DNA of 64,000 nt from a virus: positions 8,075-72,074 of IMG/VR virus record IMGVR_UViG_3300027736_000041; one strand, 5' to 3'. The translations under genes and the position numbers were made by a program. How positions within the stretch are numbered: position 1 is the first letter of the stretch; every line of letters starts with the position of its first letter. Below are positions 17,401 through 27,400 of this stretch, piece after piece. Below the pieces are notes generated by a model. That model ran no database searches, had not been told where the DNA came from, and saw only the letters and a program-made list of their open reading frames with translations.

Positions 17401-19771
17401 TCAATCAACCGGAGCATTGACCTCAGTAGGTGCGGTAGCAACGGGGTCAAGTCCGCAAAGTGTTGCGGTTGACCCAACTGGCAGGTTTGCTTTTGTGACA
17501 AATTATTCTAGCGCTACGGTGCAAACCTATACCATTAACCAATTGACCGGAGCATTGACCTCGGTAGGAACGGCAGCAACGGGGACAAATCCGCAAAGTG
17601 TTGCGGTTGATCCAACTGGCAGATTTGTTTTTGTGGCGAATTACAATAGCATCACGGTACAGGCATATACCATCGATCAATCTACCGGAGCATTGACCTC
17701 GGTAGGAACGGTAGTAACGGGGAACAATCCTAATATTGTTGCGGTTGACCCAACTGGCAGGTTTGTTTTTGTCTCGGATTATTATGACAACAAGGTATAT
17801 GCCTGTACCATTAATCAATCAACCGGAGCATTGACCTCAGTAGGTGGGTTAGCAACGGGGTCACAGCCTCAGGGTGTTGCGGTTGACCGAACTGGCAGGT
17901 TTGTTTTTGTGGCGAATTATGGTAGCGCTACGGTACAGGCCTATACCATTAATCAATCCACCGGTGCATTGACTTCGGTAGGAGCGGTAGCAACAGGGAC
18001 AACTCCTTATGGTGTTGCGGTTGACCCAACTGGCAGGTTTGCTTTTGTGACGAATTATGGTAGCGCTACGGTGCAAACCTATACCATTAACCAATCAACC
18101 GGAGCATTGACCTCGGTAGGAACGGTAGCAACTGGGACCGCTCCGCAAAATGTTGCGGTTGACCCAACTGGTAGATTTGCTTTTGTGACGAATTATGCTG
18201 GCGATACGGTACAGGCCTATCGTATTAATAATTTTGCCGCAAATAGTGGAACATTTCAGGATCAATTAACTATTGGAACAGGAAACATTGTTTCTACTCT
18301 CGCCCCAAGTGCAGTGTATGTAAGCGGACAACTCCGCGCTCCGCAATACATTATTGGAAATCCTCTGTCAGGATCTTCCATTACATATGGGGCCGTGACG
18401 AGCAATAATCTTCTTCCTCCGCCAACTTTCCACGGAGGGACTGGAGCATTGACCTCGGTAGGAGCGGTAGCAGCGGGAACAAATTCGCGCATGGTTGCGA
18501 TTGATTCGTCCGGACGATTTGCCATCGTTGCGAATTTTGGCTCCGCCACCGTACAGCCTTTCGTGATCAATCAATCGACCGGGGCACTTACCGCGGGGAC
18601 GGCCGTGGCGTTCGGCAGTAGCGCATATAGCGTGGCAATTGATCCGACCGGGCGCTATGCCTACGTCTGCGGGGGCAGCGCCACCTACACCGTCCAGCCA
18701 TACACGATCAACCAGTCCACTGGCGATTTGACAGCGGGGACTGCGGTAACCACTGGAAATACTCCGAATGCCGTTACGGTTGATCCCACCGGACGGTTCG
18801 TCTACGTGACGAATCAGAATGATGCTACGGTTCAATGTTTTTTGATCACTCAAAGCACTGGAGCGTTGACCTCAATGGGAGCGGTAGCAACAGGAACCGG
18901 TTGCTTTGCGGTTGTGGTAGATCCCTCCGGACGGTTTGTCTTTGTCGCGAATCAGGGTCTTGCTACTGTACAGACGTATACGATTAATCAATCAACTGGA
19001 GCATTGACCTCGGTAGGAACGGTAGCAACGGGGACAAATCCTCGCCAACTCGCTGTTGATCCCACTGGCAGGTTTCTTTTTGTGACGAATTATGGTAGCA
19101 GCACGGTGCAGCCCTTCACAATCAACCAGTCAACTGGGACATTGACCGCGGGAACTGCCGTGGCAACCGGGACAACTCCTCATTGTGTTGCGGTAGACCC
19201 GACCGGACGACTTGTCTTCGTTGCAAATAGTGTTGCTGGCACACTTCAGACTTACTCGATCAATCAATCTACCGGAGCATTGACCTCTGTGGGAACCGTG
19301 ACGACAGGAACAACTCCTTGGGGTGTTGCGGTTGATCCAACTGGTCGATTTGTTGTTGTGGGAAACAATGGCGGAGCCACCGTGCAGTCCTTCCGAATTA
19401 ATAATTTTGCGGCAAATAGTGGAACATTTCAAGATCAACTCGGCATTGGGACGACTACTCCAAATTCTACCTTGCACGCATCCGGTTCTTTTAGCGTAGC
19501 AATTCTTTCAATTACTGGCGCAACAACATTGGATGCGACTCATAACGTAGTGTTGTGCGGAGGAACGTCTTCGTATCAAGTTACCTTGCCAACTGCTGTG
19601 GGAATTGCCGGAAGAATGTATCAAATAAAAAAGACAAGCATTTCTGACTATACATTGACCATTGGCACCACTTCGTCACAAACTATTGACGGAAGCACTT
19701 CATTAGGATTTGCAACACAGTATAATAATTTTGTAGTTATTTCTGATGGCGCAAATTGGAGTTTGTTGTAA
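14474..19771 (+). CDS. giant adhesin/receptor-binding protein with four 7-bladed beta-propellers (YVTN/lactonase-like blades)
   Basis: 28 copies of a ~46-aa blade GALTSVGxxATGxxPxxVAVDPTGRFxFVxNxxxxTVQxYTINQST in groups of seven; C-terminal VTLP...ISDGANW domain; ATG 14474 with RBS GGGAG. Confidence 0.8.
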   Translation: MPTREGIQHFVDTSEPNGVQPGDEWWNIGTGRYYKRVVFSNGGVGWTEIAQPSLMLGAASTWALTQAFNGGITGTTAAFSGGITGTTAAFSGSAASDFMIIGSGRSSSVQASLDVKGQVRAPQYIIGNPVSGSSITYGAATSNNLLPPPMFQGGTGALTSVGTAATGSSPSGVVIDPTGRFVFVTNISSITVQTYTINQSTGALTSVGTAATGSSPKSVAVDPTGRFAFVGNLNGATVQAYTINQSTGALTSVGAVATGTTPRTVAVDPTGRFVFVANYSSDTVQAFTINQSTGALTSVGTAATGTNPYGVAVDPTGRFAFVTNYSVNTVQAYTINQSTGALTSVGAVPTGAAPQGVAVDPTGRFAFVANLSSATVQAYTINQSTGALTSVGTTATGTFPTGVAVDPTGRFAFVPNSSGATVQTYTINQSTGALTSVGTAATGTTPQDVAVDPTGRFAFVVNYNSDTVQTYRINNFAANSGTFQDQLIIGSGRSSSGQAALDVSGQLRAPQYIIGNPVSGSSITYGAATSNNLLPPPTFHGGTGVLTSVGTAATGTNPNSVAVDPTGRFAFVANNGGTTVQAYTINQSTGALTSVGTAATGTSPYGVAVDPTGRFAFVTNYGSATVQAYTINQSTGALTSVGTVATGTSPQLVAVDPTGRFAFVTNYSGSTVQAYTINQSTGALTSVGTAATGSNPYGVAVDPTGRFAFVTNYGSATVQAYTINQSTGALTSVGAVAAGNSPSLVAADPTGRFAFVANQGVATVQTYTINQSTGALTSVGTVAAGTFPNAVAVDPTGRFAFVTNYGSATVQTYTINQLTGALTSIGTVATGTSPFGVVVDPTGRFAFVTNYSSNTAQAYRINNFTANSGTFQDGLTIGTGNIVSTLAPSAVYVSGQLRAPQYIIGNPVSGSSITYGAVTANNLLPPPMFQGGTGALTSVGTAATGSSPKSVAVDPTGRFAFVTNLSTPTVQAYTINQSTGALTSVGAVATGSSPQSVAVDPTGRFAFVTNYSSATVQTYTINQLTGALTSVGTAATGTNPQSVAVDPTGRFVFVANYNSITVQAYTIDQSTGALTSVGTVVTGNNPNIVAVDPTGRFVFVSDYYDNKVYACTINQSTGALTSVGGLATGSQPQGVAVDRTGRFVFVANYGSATVQAYTINQSTGALTSVGAVATGTTPYGVAVDPTGRFAFVTNYGSATVQTYTINQSTGALTSVGTVATGTAPQNVAVDPTGRFAFVTNYAGDTVQAYRINNFAANSGTFQDQLTIGTGNIVSTLAPSAVYVSGQLRAPQYIIGNPLSGSSITYGAVTSNNLLPPPTFHGGTGALTSVGAVAAGTNSRMVAIDSSGRFAIVANFGSATVQPFVINQSTGALTAGTAVAFGSSAYSVAIDPTGRYAYVCGGSATYTVQPYTINQSTGDLTAGTAVTTGNTPNAVTVDPTGRFVYVTNQNDATVQCFLITQSTGALTSMGAVATGTGCFAVVVDPSGRFVFVANQGLATVQTYTINQSTGALTSVGTVATGTNPRQLAVDPTGRFLFVTNYGSSTVQPFTINQSTGTLTAGTAVATGTTPHCVAVDPTGRLVFVANSVAGTLQTYSINQSTGALTSVGTVTTGTTPWGVAVDPTGRFVVVGNNGGATVQSFRINNFAANSGTFQDQLGIGTTTPNSTLHASGSFSVAILSITGATTLDATHNVVLCGGTSSYQVTLPTAVGIAGRMYQIKKTSISDYTLTIGTTSSQTIDGSTSLGFATQYNNFVVISDGANWSLL
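14675..14748 (+). repeat. 33-bp tandem repeat (about 2.2 copies)
   Basis: Encodes FxGGITGTTAA twice. Confidence 0.85.
14939..19405 (+). repeat. 138-bp blade repeats nested in ~1.17-kb propeller repeats (4 x 7)
   Basis: Propeller ends RINNF at 15893, 17057, 18227 and 19400 (periods 1164, 1170, 1173 bp). Confidence 0.95.
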
Positions 19772-20280
19772 TGGCATTTAGAGCAGATGTCCCGGTGCTG
19801 CTGGCGTCAACCACGTTGGGGAGTGCGTCGGCGAGTGTGACGTTTTCTGGTTTTAGTTCCGCCTATAAGCACCTTATGATTCTTTTCATGGCACGAAGTT
19901 CGGCAACTGCTGGCGCTTACGATACGCTGGCATATCAATTCAACGGCGACACTGCTGCGAATTATCGGAGTATCGCGAATACAACGGCTACAACTCACGC
20001 AAGTGTAGCGATTATTCCCAATACAACTACGTTTTTTCCAACTCAACCCGGCATCGGGCGAACGATTATTTTCTACTACAATGACACTTCATCTGGTTGG
20101 CAAAAGCGAACTCTTACCGATACGGACTCAGATATTGGCACAAGTGCAACAAGCCCATTCACGACCGTGTGGGGCGGTACATGGACCACTGTCAATACTG
20201 CCATTACAAGCGTTCTAATGAAAACATCGAACGGCAATTTCGTAGCAGGAAGCCGCTTTGACTTGTACGGAATACCCTAA
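19771..20280 (+). CDS. small fibre-associated beta-sandwich protein (paralog of 28611..29111)
   Basis: TAATG coupling; LxSASASVTFS...FNG...ITSV...G..F.LYG.P shared with the paralog. Confidence 0.75.
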   Translation: MAFRADVPVLLASTTLGSASASVTFSGFSSAYKHLMILFMARSSATAGAYDTLAYQFNGDTAANYRSIANTTATTHASVAIIPNTTTFFPTQPGIGRTIIFYYNDTSSGWQKRTLTDTDSDIGTSATSPFTTVWGGTWTTVNTAITSVLMKTSNGNFVAGSRFDLYGIP

Positions 20281-20372
20281 TGAATACTGAACCACCCATC
20301 GCCATAGAGTTGAACTGCGAAACCGGCATCGAAACAAGTATAAAAAGGAATGATAAATGGCCAAGCATGTAA
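20280..20372 (+). pseudogene. truncated remnant of a fibre-chaperone-like gene (paralog of 29122..29586)
   Basis: MNTEPPIAIELNCETGIE resembles KPIKIEVNCETGEE, then similarity is lost and it stops after 30 aa. Confidence 0.6.
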
Positions 20373-23300
20373 TCCTTGAATCGTATTCGTTCACTCCAGC
20401 CACAAGAACGATTGTGGTTTATGGAAAGTGGATTCGGCGCGAGCAATTGTTGCTTATCACGAACGTGACAAAAAACACGGTCATTTACAATTTCAGCGAT
20501 CCGTCGCTTGGGGTATCGGCATATACGACTGGAATAAGTCAGCAAAGTCCGACAACTCAGCAGAATGAGATCACGACCGTCGTTGTGTCCTATGACACGA
20601 CCAGTCATTCCGCTACAGACAAGTTAGCCATTCTTGTTGAAGAGACGTATGAATCTATTCTTCCCGCCGAAACAATGATGGACCCTGTGGGAAAAATGCG
20701 GACATCCATTCCGCAAAGTCTTATTGATACTGACTTTGAATACGGACAGCAACCGACAAAGTGGGAACATCTGGCACTAGTGAATAACAGGCCGACATGT
20801 TTTTATGATCCATCGAGCAGTGCCGCACAGTGGACTTACAACGTTGGTGTTGCTTCGCAAAGCACAACCACCGTTACTGGAACGGGCACTACATGGCATG
20901 GAGGTTTGATAGGAAGCAGGTTCACGTATCTTGATGGTACTGATGTGGGAACCATCACCGCGGTGGCAAGTGCCACATCATTGACGGTCTCCACATCTGC
21001 CACCGTTCCCTCACAGAGTTACACCATTTTTGGATTTCCGTACAAGGGCGGCAGCACAAGTCCTTCACCAGTTGCTGATCCTTCGATCATGTTCAAGGAT
21101 ACAACAACCGACGCAACTGGATACACAATTTCATTACTGCTGAATACAGGCGCATTTGGATTGTATGTTGGTCAGCCAATCTATGTCAGCAATTCCCTTG
21201 ATCAAGCAAACGTTGACGGATGGTGGGTTGTGGATGCCATTGTGCCTCAGGCGTCCTATGCGGCCGCTGGTGCTAACGTCAATGATATCGTCAGGTTCAA
21301 AACCATCAATATTACATCAGCCACAAACTTATTTGATCCTACAAAGACTATTGTGTATCCGGGATATTGGTACACGGGAGCTAATATTCCTGTGACATCA
21401 ATCGCGTGTGCGTCAAATATCATCACTGTTACCACTCCGTCGGCTCACGGACTGTCCGTTGGAGAGCAGGTACACATCAACAATACGGCTACGGCTGCAT
21501 GCAATGGATCGTGGGCAATCACGACAACGCCGACAAATACCACGTTTACGATTACCACTCCTGCAGGTGGTTCTCCGGGAACACTTACTCTTAACGGTGG
21601 AGTAAATGGAACATTATTCCCCAGAGCGCAGGGATATGTGATTCATCGTGCGTTTGACGGTGGTGTGCAATTTTCCAATCAGACTCCATATCACGGATTG
21701 CAAATGATCCGGCAAACCCGTCGGTATTTCCGCTATCAAAGTGGAAAGGCCATTCAATTTTCTACTGGCTCAATTCTCAAGCCAGCTTTGACGGTAGATA
21801 CAATTACCTCTTCGGGAACTACTGCGACAATCACCACGAAATATCCGCACGGCATTACCTACTCTTCGGTAGGAACCAATGCCCAGATCAAAGTCATTGG
21901 AGCCTCTGACGTTGCTGGCGTTGCATTTCCGGGAACCGCTTCACAGTCCGGAACAGTGATCACTGGCGTCAATACCTATTTCACTTCTGCGCTCACAGGA
22001 CAGACATTTGTATTTTCAGATGGAACTAACGCAGGCGTGATCACTTACGTCAGTGCAACTTCGTTAAATGTCACTGTTTCCCAAACTGTATCATCTCAAA
22101 AATATTATGTTCAATCAACTGCCTACAATGGAATTTTTACCATTGCCAGTGTTCCATCACTATATACAATCACCTACACGATGTCATCCACTCCAACAAA
22201 CAGCACGACGACAGCGTTCCCTATTGATGGATACCCTTCTGGAATTCAAGTATCCCCTTGGGCATGGTATGGAGGCAAAAACCGTGTTGGAATGTTTGAT
22301 CAACAAAACGGGTTCTTTTTTGAATATGACGGACAAAATGTTTATGCCGTTCGACGAAGCAGCACTATGCAAATACCGGGAACATTTACGGTTACGAATG
22401 GTTCCCAATCAGTTGTGGCTTCGTCAGCAGTTGGATCAATCTCCAGTCACTTGAAACCCGGAGATACCGTAGCGATCCGTGGCGGATCATATACCGTAGG
22501 CTCGATTACTTCTGCTACACAAATGTACATTTACCCAGAGTACCGTGGTGCTACTCCAGTGAACGCATCATATGTGGCACAAGCACAATCCAACGTTATT
22601 GTCAGCAAGACCGTTGACATCCGTATTCCTCAAAGCGCTTGGAATATTGACAAGTGTGACGGAACAGGACATTCCGGATTCAACGTTGACCTGACAAAAA
22701 TGCAAATGTTTTATATTGATTATGCGTGGTATGGGGCAGGAGCAATCCGCTGGGGGTTCAAAAATAACCGCGGAGAAGTTATTTATTGTCATAGAATGAA
22801 CAACAACAACATCAATACCGAAGCATACATGAGATCCGGCAACATGTGTGCGAGGTATGAGACCAACACATTGGCTCCGACCACATGGGTGACCAACTGG
22901 AATTTAATTGCGGCAAGCACCGGTACGATTTACGTTGCTGACGCCACGCAGTTTCCTCCGGCCGGAACACTTGTGGTCACAGCCGCTGGTGGACAAACGG
23001 GACAGTTGATCGAGTACATGAACTACAGTTCCAGAACAGACTCGACATTCACGATCAGTGCCCGTGGACAGACTGGAGGCGGTGCGGCCGCAACGTTTTC
23101 TCCGACAACAACTGCGCCGGTGTCTGTTTCGTTATATCTGCCTTCTGTCGCCTCGACACTATCTCACTGGGGATCATCGATCATCATGGACGGCAGATAC
23201 GACGACGACAAGTCGCTTATTTTCTCGGCCGGAATGAATGTCCCGACAGCGGCGTTGACGGCACGGCAGCAGTATCCATTGATTTCCATCCGCTCTGCGC

Positions 23301-23977
23301 CAAGTGTTGATAGTGGATTGACGGGATCAATGGGCGCAAGGGAAATTGTCAATAGAATGCAGTTGGTTTTGCGCCAGATGGATGCATTCACTTCGGGAAA
23401 CAGTTTCGCGGTTGACTTGTGGCTGAACGCATCCATTGCGAGTGGCTACTACTACAATGCAACTGGGACTACCGCAAACAGCACGACACTCAATTTGACC
23501 GGAACTCTTGTCGGCACCGCCCCTGTTGCTGGTTCGTATGTGTGGGGACCGGGATTGCTTCCGGGATCGTTCTTCACGGTGTATTCCAATACAACAACAA
23601 ATACGCTTAGCATTGCTGCTACAGCGACAAAAGGCGGAACGTACTGGATCGGCAACAACCAGTTTCAGGCGGTTGGTGGTTCCTCGCTTTCTCAGCGAGT
23701 TCTTCATCCACTTACCGACCGGCTTATTCCGGGCACTGGAGAGAAAATTTTCACGTTCTTCACTAATTCTTCTGGCGTAACTCAGCAAGATTTGTCGCAG
23801 GTTCGTGACATGGCTACTTCCATCGTAGGTGGTGCCTCCAATGCATACCTTACGCCGGGATATGCCAACAAATATCCGGATGGCCCAGACATCATCACCA
23901 TGGTTGCAACACCAATCGGTACGGTGTCCAGTGCCACGATCATTGCGCGTCTGAGTTGGTCAGAAGCACAGGCGTAA
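20357..23977 (+). CDS. large virion structural/fibre protein
   Basis: 1206 aa, T/S-rich; T.T...HG repeats; SLIDTDFEYG.QPTKWE and RQTRRYFRYQSGK blocks; two internal ~60-aa repeats (G.ASQS.T..TG...DGT..G.IT). Confidence 0.7.
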   Translation: MAKHVILESYSFTPATRTIVVYGKWIRREQLLLITNVTKNTVIYNFSDPSLGVSAYTTGISQQSPTTQQNEITTVVVSYDTTSHSATDKLAILVEETYESILPAETMMDPVGKMRTSIPQSLIDTDFEYGQQPTKWEHLALVNNRPTCFYDPSSSAAQWTYNVGVASQSTTTVTGTGTTWHGGLIGSRFTYLDGTDVGTITAVASATSLTVSTSATVPSQSYTIFGFPYKGGSTSPSPVADPSIMFKDTTTDATGYTISLLLNTGAFGLYVGQPIYVSNSLDQANVDGWWVVDAIVPQASYAAAGANVNDIVRFKTINITSATNLFDPTKTIVYPGYWYTGANIPVTSIACASNIITVTTPSAHGLSVGEQVHINNTATAACNGSWAITTTPTNTTFTITTPAGGSPGTLTLNGGVNGTLFPRAQGYVIHRAFDGGVQFSNQTPYHGLQMIRQTRRYFRYQSGKAIQFSTGSILKPALTVDTITSSGTTATITTKYPHGITYSSVGTNAQIKVIGASDVAGVAFPGTASQSGTVITGVNTYFTSALTGQTFVFSDGTNAGVITYVSATSLNVTVSQTVSSQKYYVQSTAYNGIFTIASVPSLYTITYTMSSTPTNSTTTAFPIDGYPSGIQVSPWAWYGGKNRVGMFDQQNGFFFEYDGQNVYAVRRSSTMQIPGTFTVTNGSQSVVASSAVGSISSHLKPGDTVAIRGGSYTVGSITSATQMYIYPEYRGATPVNASYVAQAQSNVIVSKTVDIRIPQSAWNIDKCDGTGHSGFNVDLTKMQMFYIDYAWYGAGAIRWGFKNNRGEVIYCHRMNNNNINTEAYMRSGNMCARYETNTLAPTTWVTNWNLIAASTGTIYVADATQFPPAGTLVVTAAGGQTGQLIEYMNYSSRTDSTFTISARGQTGGGAAATFSPTTTAPVSVSLYLPSVASTLSHWGSSIIMDGRYDDDKSLIFSAGMNVPTAALTARQQYPLISIRSAPSVDSGLTGSMGAREIVNRMQLVLRQMDAFTSGNSFAVDLWLNASIASGYYYNATGTTANSTTLNLTGTLVGTAPVAGSYVWGPGLLPGSFFTVYSNTTTNTLSIAATATKGGTYWIGNNQFQAVGGSSLSQRVLHPLTDRLIPGTGEKIFTFFTNSSGVTQQDLSQVRDMATSIVGGASNAYLTPGYANKYPDGPDIITMVATPIGTVSSATIIARLSWSEAQA

Positions 23978-24043
23978 AATCATCAAACCAATTTTTATGA
24001 TAAACAGAAGTGTATAATGGGTACATAAGCACAGGAGACGAAA

Positions 24044-24400
24044 ATGCCGCAAAGTTATAAAAGATTGAACTCGATCATTTCCAATGCATCGCTTTCAACG
24101 CCACTGAATTTATATACCTGCACCACAACTTCTGCCGTGGTTAGCACCATCTCTATTTGCAATACGTCAGCATCTGTCGTGACGTATCGCATTTGCGTGA
24201 CAACGGCTGCCGCTTCGGCTACCGGCACAACGTTTCCTGCTGACATCAATGGATACATCGTCTATGACGGAACGATACTAGGCAACGACACATCGTTCGT
24301 CACGGTGGGATTGACGCTTGATGCTACCAACAAATATCTTCTTGCTTCTTCTAGCGCCGCTTCCTTGGCGATCAGCGCATTTGGAGTGGAGATTTCCTAA
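24044..24400 (+). CDS. small adaptor-like protein, family copy 1
   Basis: YKRL...VVSTISICN...YRI...FGVEIS; RBS AGGAG. Confidence 0.75.
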   Translation: MPQSYKRLNSIISNASLSTPLNLYTCTTTSAVVSTISICNTSASVVTYRICVTTAAASATGTTFPADINGYIVYDGTILGNDTSFVTVGLTLDATNKYLLASSSAASLAISAFGVEIS

Positions 24401-27400
24401 TGGCAATCAAGAGCCTCAAGGGATTGGGATCGAAGCCTAGTGCCGTGGCAGACACTGGCACAGCCCTGACCGTTTCAACGCCGCTGACCGCATCCTCAGG
24501 AGCAACCATCACTGGAAGTGCCTTGACTGCTTCAAACGGATTCATAGTCGCTGGCGGGGCAAACATCGCGGGAGGATTGACCGTTACGAGTGGGTCGCTG
24601 TCTGCTCCCGGAGGATTGTCTACGACCGCATTGTCTACGCCGACGCTATATCCATCTGGATTAACAGGTGCCGTTGCAGCATCGAGGTGGGTGGGAGGAA
24701 CCGTTTCAGGTGCCCCTACCAGTGGCACATTTGCCGTTGGAGACTATGTAGTAAGTCAAAATGGCTCATTCTATGTCTGTCAGGTAGCAGGCACTCCGGG
24801 AACATGGCAGCAAGCGGGAGGATCAACGTTTGCGGGACCACTCGTGGTTGGAACTGGAAGAACACAATCCATACAAACAGCAGCAGATATTCAAGGACAA
24901 TTGAGAGCCTCACAATACATCATTGGGAACCCAGTTTCAGGATCGTCCATTACATATGGGGCGGTCACGAGTAATAATCTTCTTCCTCCGCCGACTTTCC
25001 ATGGAGGAACCGGAGTGTTGACCTCTGTAGGGACGGCAGCAACGGGGAATGGTGCTAACAGTGTTGCGACTGATCCCACTGGCAGGTTTGCTTTTGTCGC
25101 GAATAGTAATGGCAATACCGTTCAAGCCTATACCGTCAATCAATCTACCGGAGCATTGACCTCAGTAGGTGCGGTAGCAACGGGTACATATCCTCAGGGT
25201 AATGCGGTGGACCCCACCGGCAGATTCCTTTTTGTAACAAATTTTAACGGCAATACAGTACAGACCTATACCATCAATCAATCGACCGGAGCATTGACCT
25301 CAGTAGGCACGGCAGCAACGGGCACCAATCCTTATAATGTTGCAGTTGATCCAACTGGCAGGTTTGTATTTGTCCCGAATTTTAATGGCGCCACCGTGCA
25401 AGCCTATACCATCAATCAATCCACCGGAGCATTGACCTCGGTGGGGACAGCAGCAACGGGAACACAGCCTAGAGGTGTCGCGGTTGATCCCACCAGCAGG
25501 TTTCTTTTTGTGACAAATGCTTTTAATGGAGCCGGAGGGAACACAGTACAGACCTATACCATAAATCAATCCACCGGAGCATTGACCTCGGTGGGGACAA
25601 CAGCAACAGGGGCACTTCCTGTTAATGTTGCGGTTGATCCCACTGGCAGATTTGTTTTTGTGACAAATTATAGTGGAAGTACCGTGCAAGCCTATACCAT
25701 TGATCAATCTACCGGAATATTGACTTCCGTAGGTGCTTTATCAACGGGAGCAAATCCCACGAGTGTTGCGGTTGATCCAACCGGTAGGTTTGCTTTTGTT
25801 GTGAATAGTACTGACGGTACCGGTATGATTTATACTATTAATCAATTCACTGGAGCATTAATTTTTATAGGTTCGGTTACAACAGGATCAAGCCCTAATT
25901 ATGTTGCGGTTGATCCAACTGGTAGATTTGTTTTTGTGTCAAATTATAGTAGCACCACCGTGCAGGCCTTCCGAATTAATAATTTCGCCGCAAATAGTGG
26001 AACATTTCAGGATCAATTGACCATTGGAACAGGAAACATTGTTTCTACTCTCGCCCCAAGTGCAGTGTATGTAAGCGGACAACTCCGCGCTCCACAGCAC
26101 ATCATCGGCAATCCTGTCTCAGGATCGTCCATTACGTATGGGGCGGCCACGAGTAATAATCTTCTTCCTCCGCCGACTTTTCACGGTGGAACCGGAGTGT
26201 TGACTTCGGTAGGTGCGGTCGCAACGGCGTATGGTTTGGGTGTTGCGATTGACCCAACTGGCAGATTTGCTTTTGTGACAAATACTAGTGGCGATACAGT
26301 ACAGGCATATACCATTAATCAATCTACCGGAGCATTGACCTCGGTAGGCACGGCAGCAACGGGGACAAATCCTAGAGGAGTTGCCGCTGACCCCACTGGC
26401 AGGTTTGCTTTTGTTACGAGTTATAGTAACACGGTGCAGGCCTATACCATCAATCAATCTACCGGAGCATTGACCTCGGTCGGAGCGGTAGCAACGGGGT
26501 CTGGTCCTCAAGGAGTTGCGATTGACTCCACTGGCAGGTTTGCTTTTGTGACGAGTCAATCTGGCGATACAGTACAGGCATATACCATTAATCAATCTAC
26601 CGGAGCATTAACCTCGGTAGGCACAGCAGCAACGGGATCAATGCCTTATGGTGTTGCGGTTGACCCGACTGGCAGGTTTGCTTTTGTGACGAATAATAAT
26701 GCCTCTACGGTACAAGCCTATGCCATTAATCAATCCACCGGAGCATTGACATCGGTAGGAGCGGTAGCAACGGGGACAAATCCCTTGGGTGTTGCGGTTG
26801 ACCCAACTGGCAGGTTTGCTTTTGTGGCAAATTTTGGTGTCTCTACGGTACAAGCCTATACCATTAATCAATCGACTGGAGCATTAACCTCGGTCGGAAC
26901 GGCAGCAACGGGAACATATCCTCGGGGTGTTGCGGTTGACCCAACTGGCAGATTTGTTTTTGTGACAAATAATAGTAGCGCTACGGTACAAACCTATACC
27001 ATTAATCAATCCACCGGAGCATTGACCTCGGTCGGAGCGGTAGCAACGGGATCAGGCCCTGAAATAATTGCGGTTGATCCGACTGGGAGATTTGTTTTTC
27101 TCACGAATTATGGTAGCACCACGGTACAAGCCTATCGTATCAATAATTTTGCGGCAAATAGTGGAACATTTCAGGATCAGTTAATCATTGGATCTGGAAG
27201 AAGTTCGTCTGTTCAAGCATCGCTAGATGTTAGCGGACAACTACGCGCTCCACAATACATCATCGGGAACCCAGTTTCAGGATCTTCTATTACATATGGG
27301 GCGTCCACGAGCAACAATCTTCTTCCTCCGCCAACTTTCCATGGAGGAACAGGGTCATTGACCTCGGTAGGCACGGCAGCAACGGGGACAAATCCTCAAT

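Noticed and set aside
14474-19771. 6-phosphogluconolactonase as an auxiliary metabolic gene
   Set aside because: The fold is lactonase-like, but tandem near-identical blades, fibre-type termini and structural context indicate an adhesin, not an enzyme.
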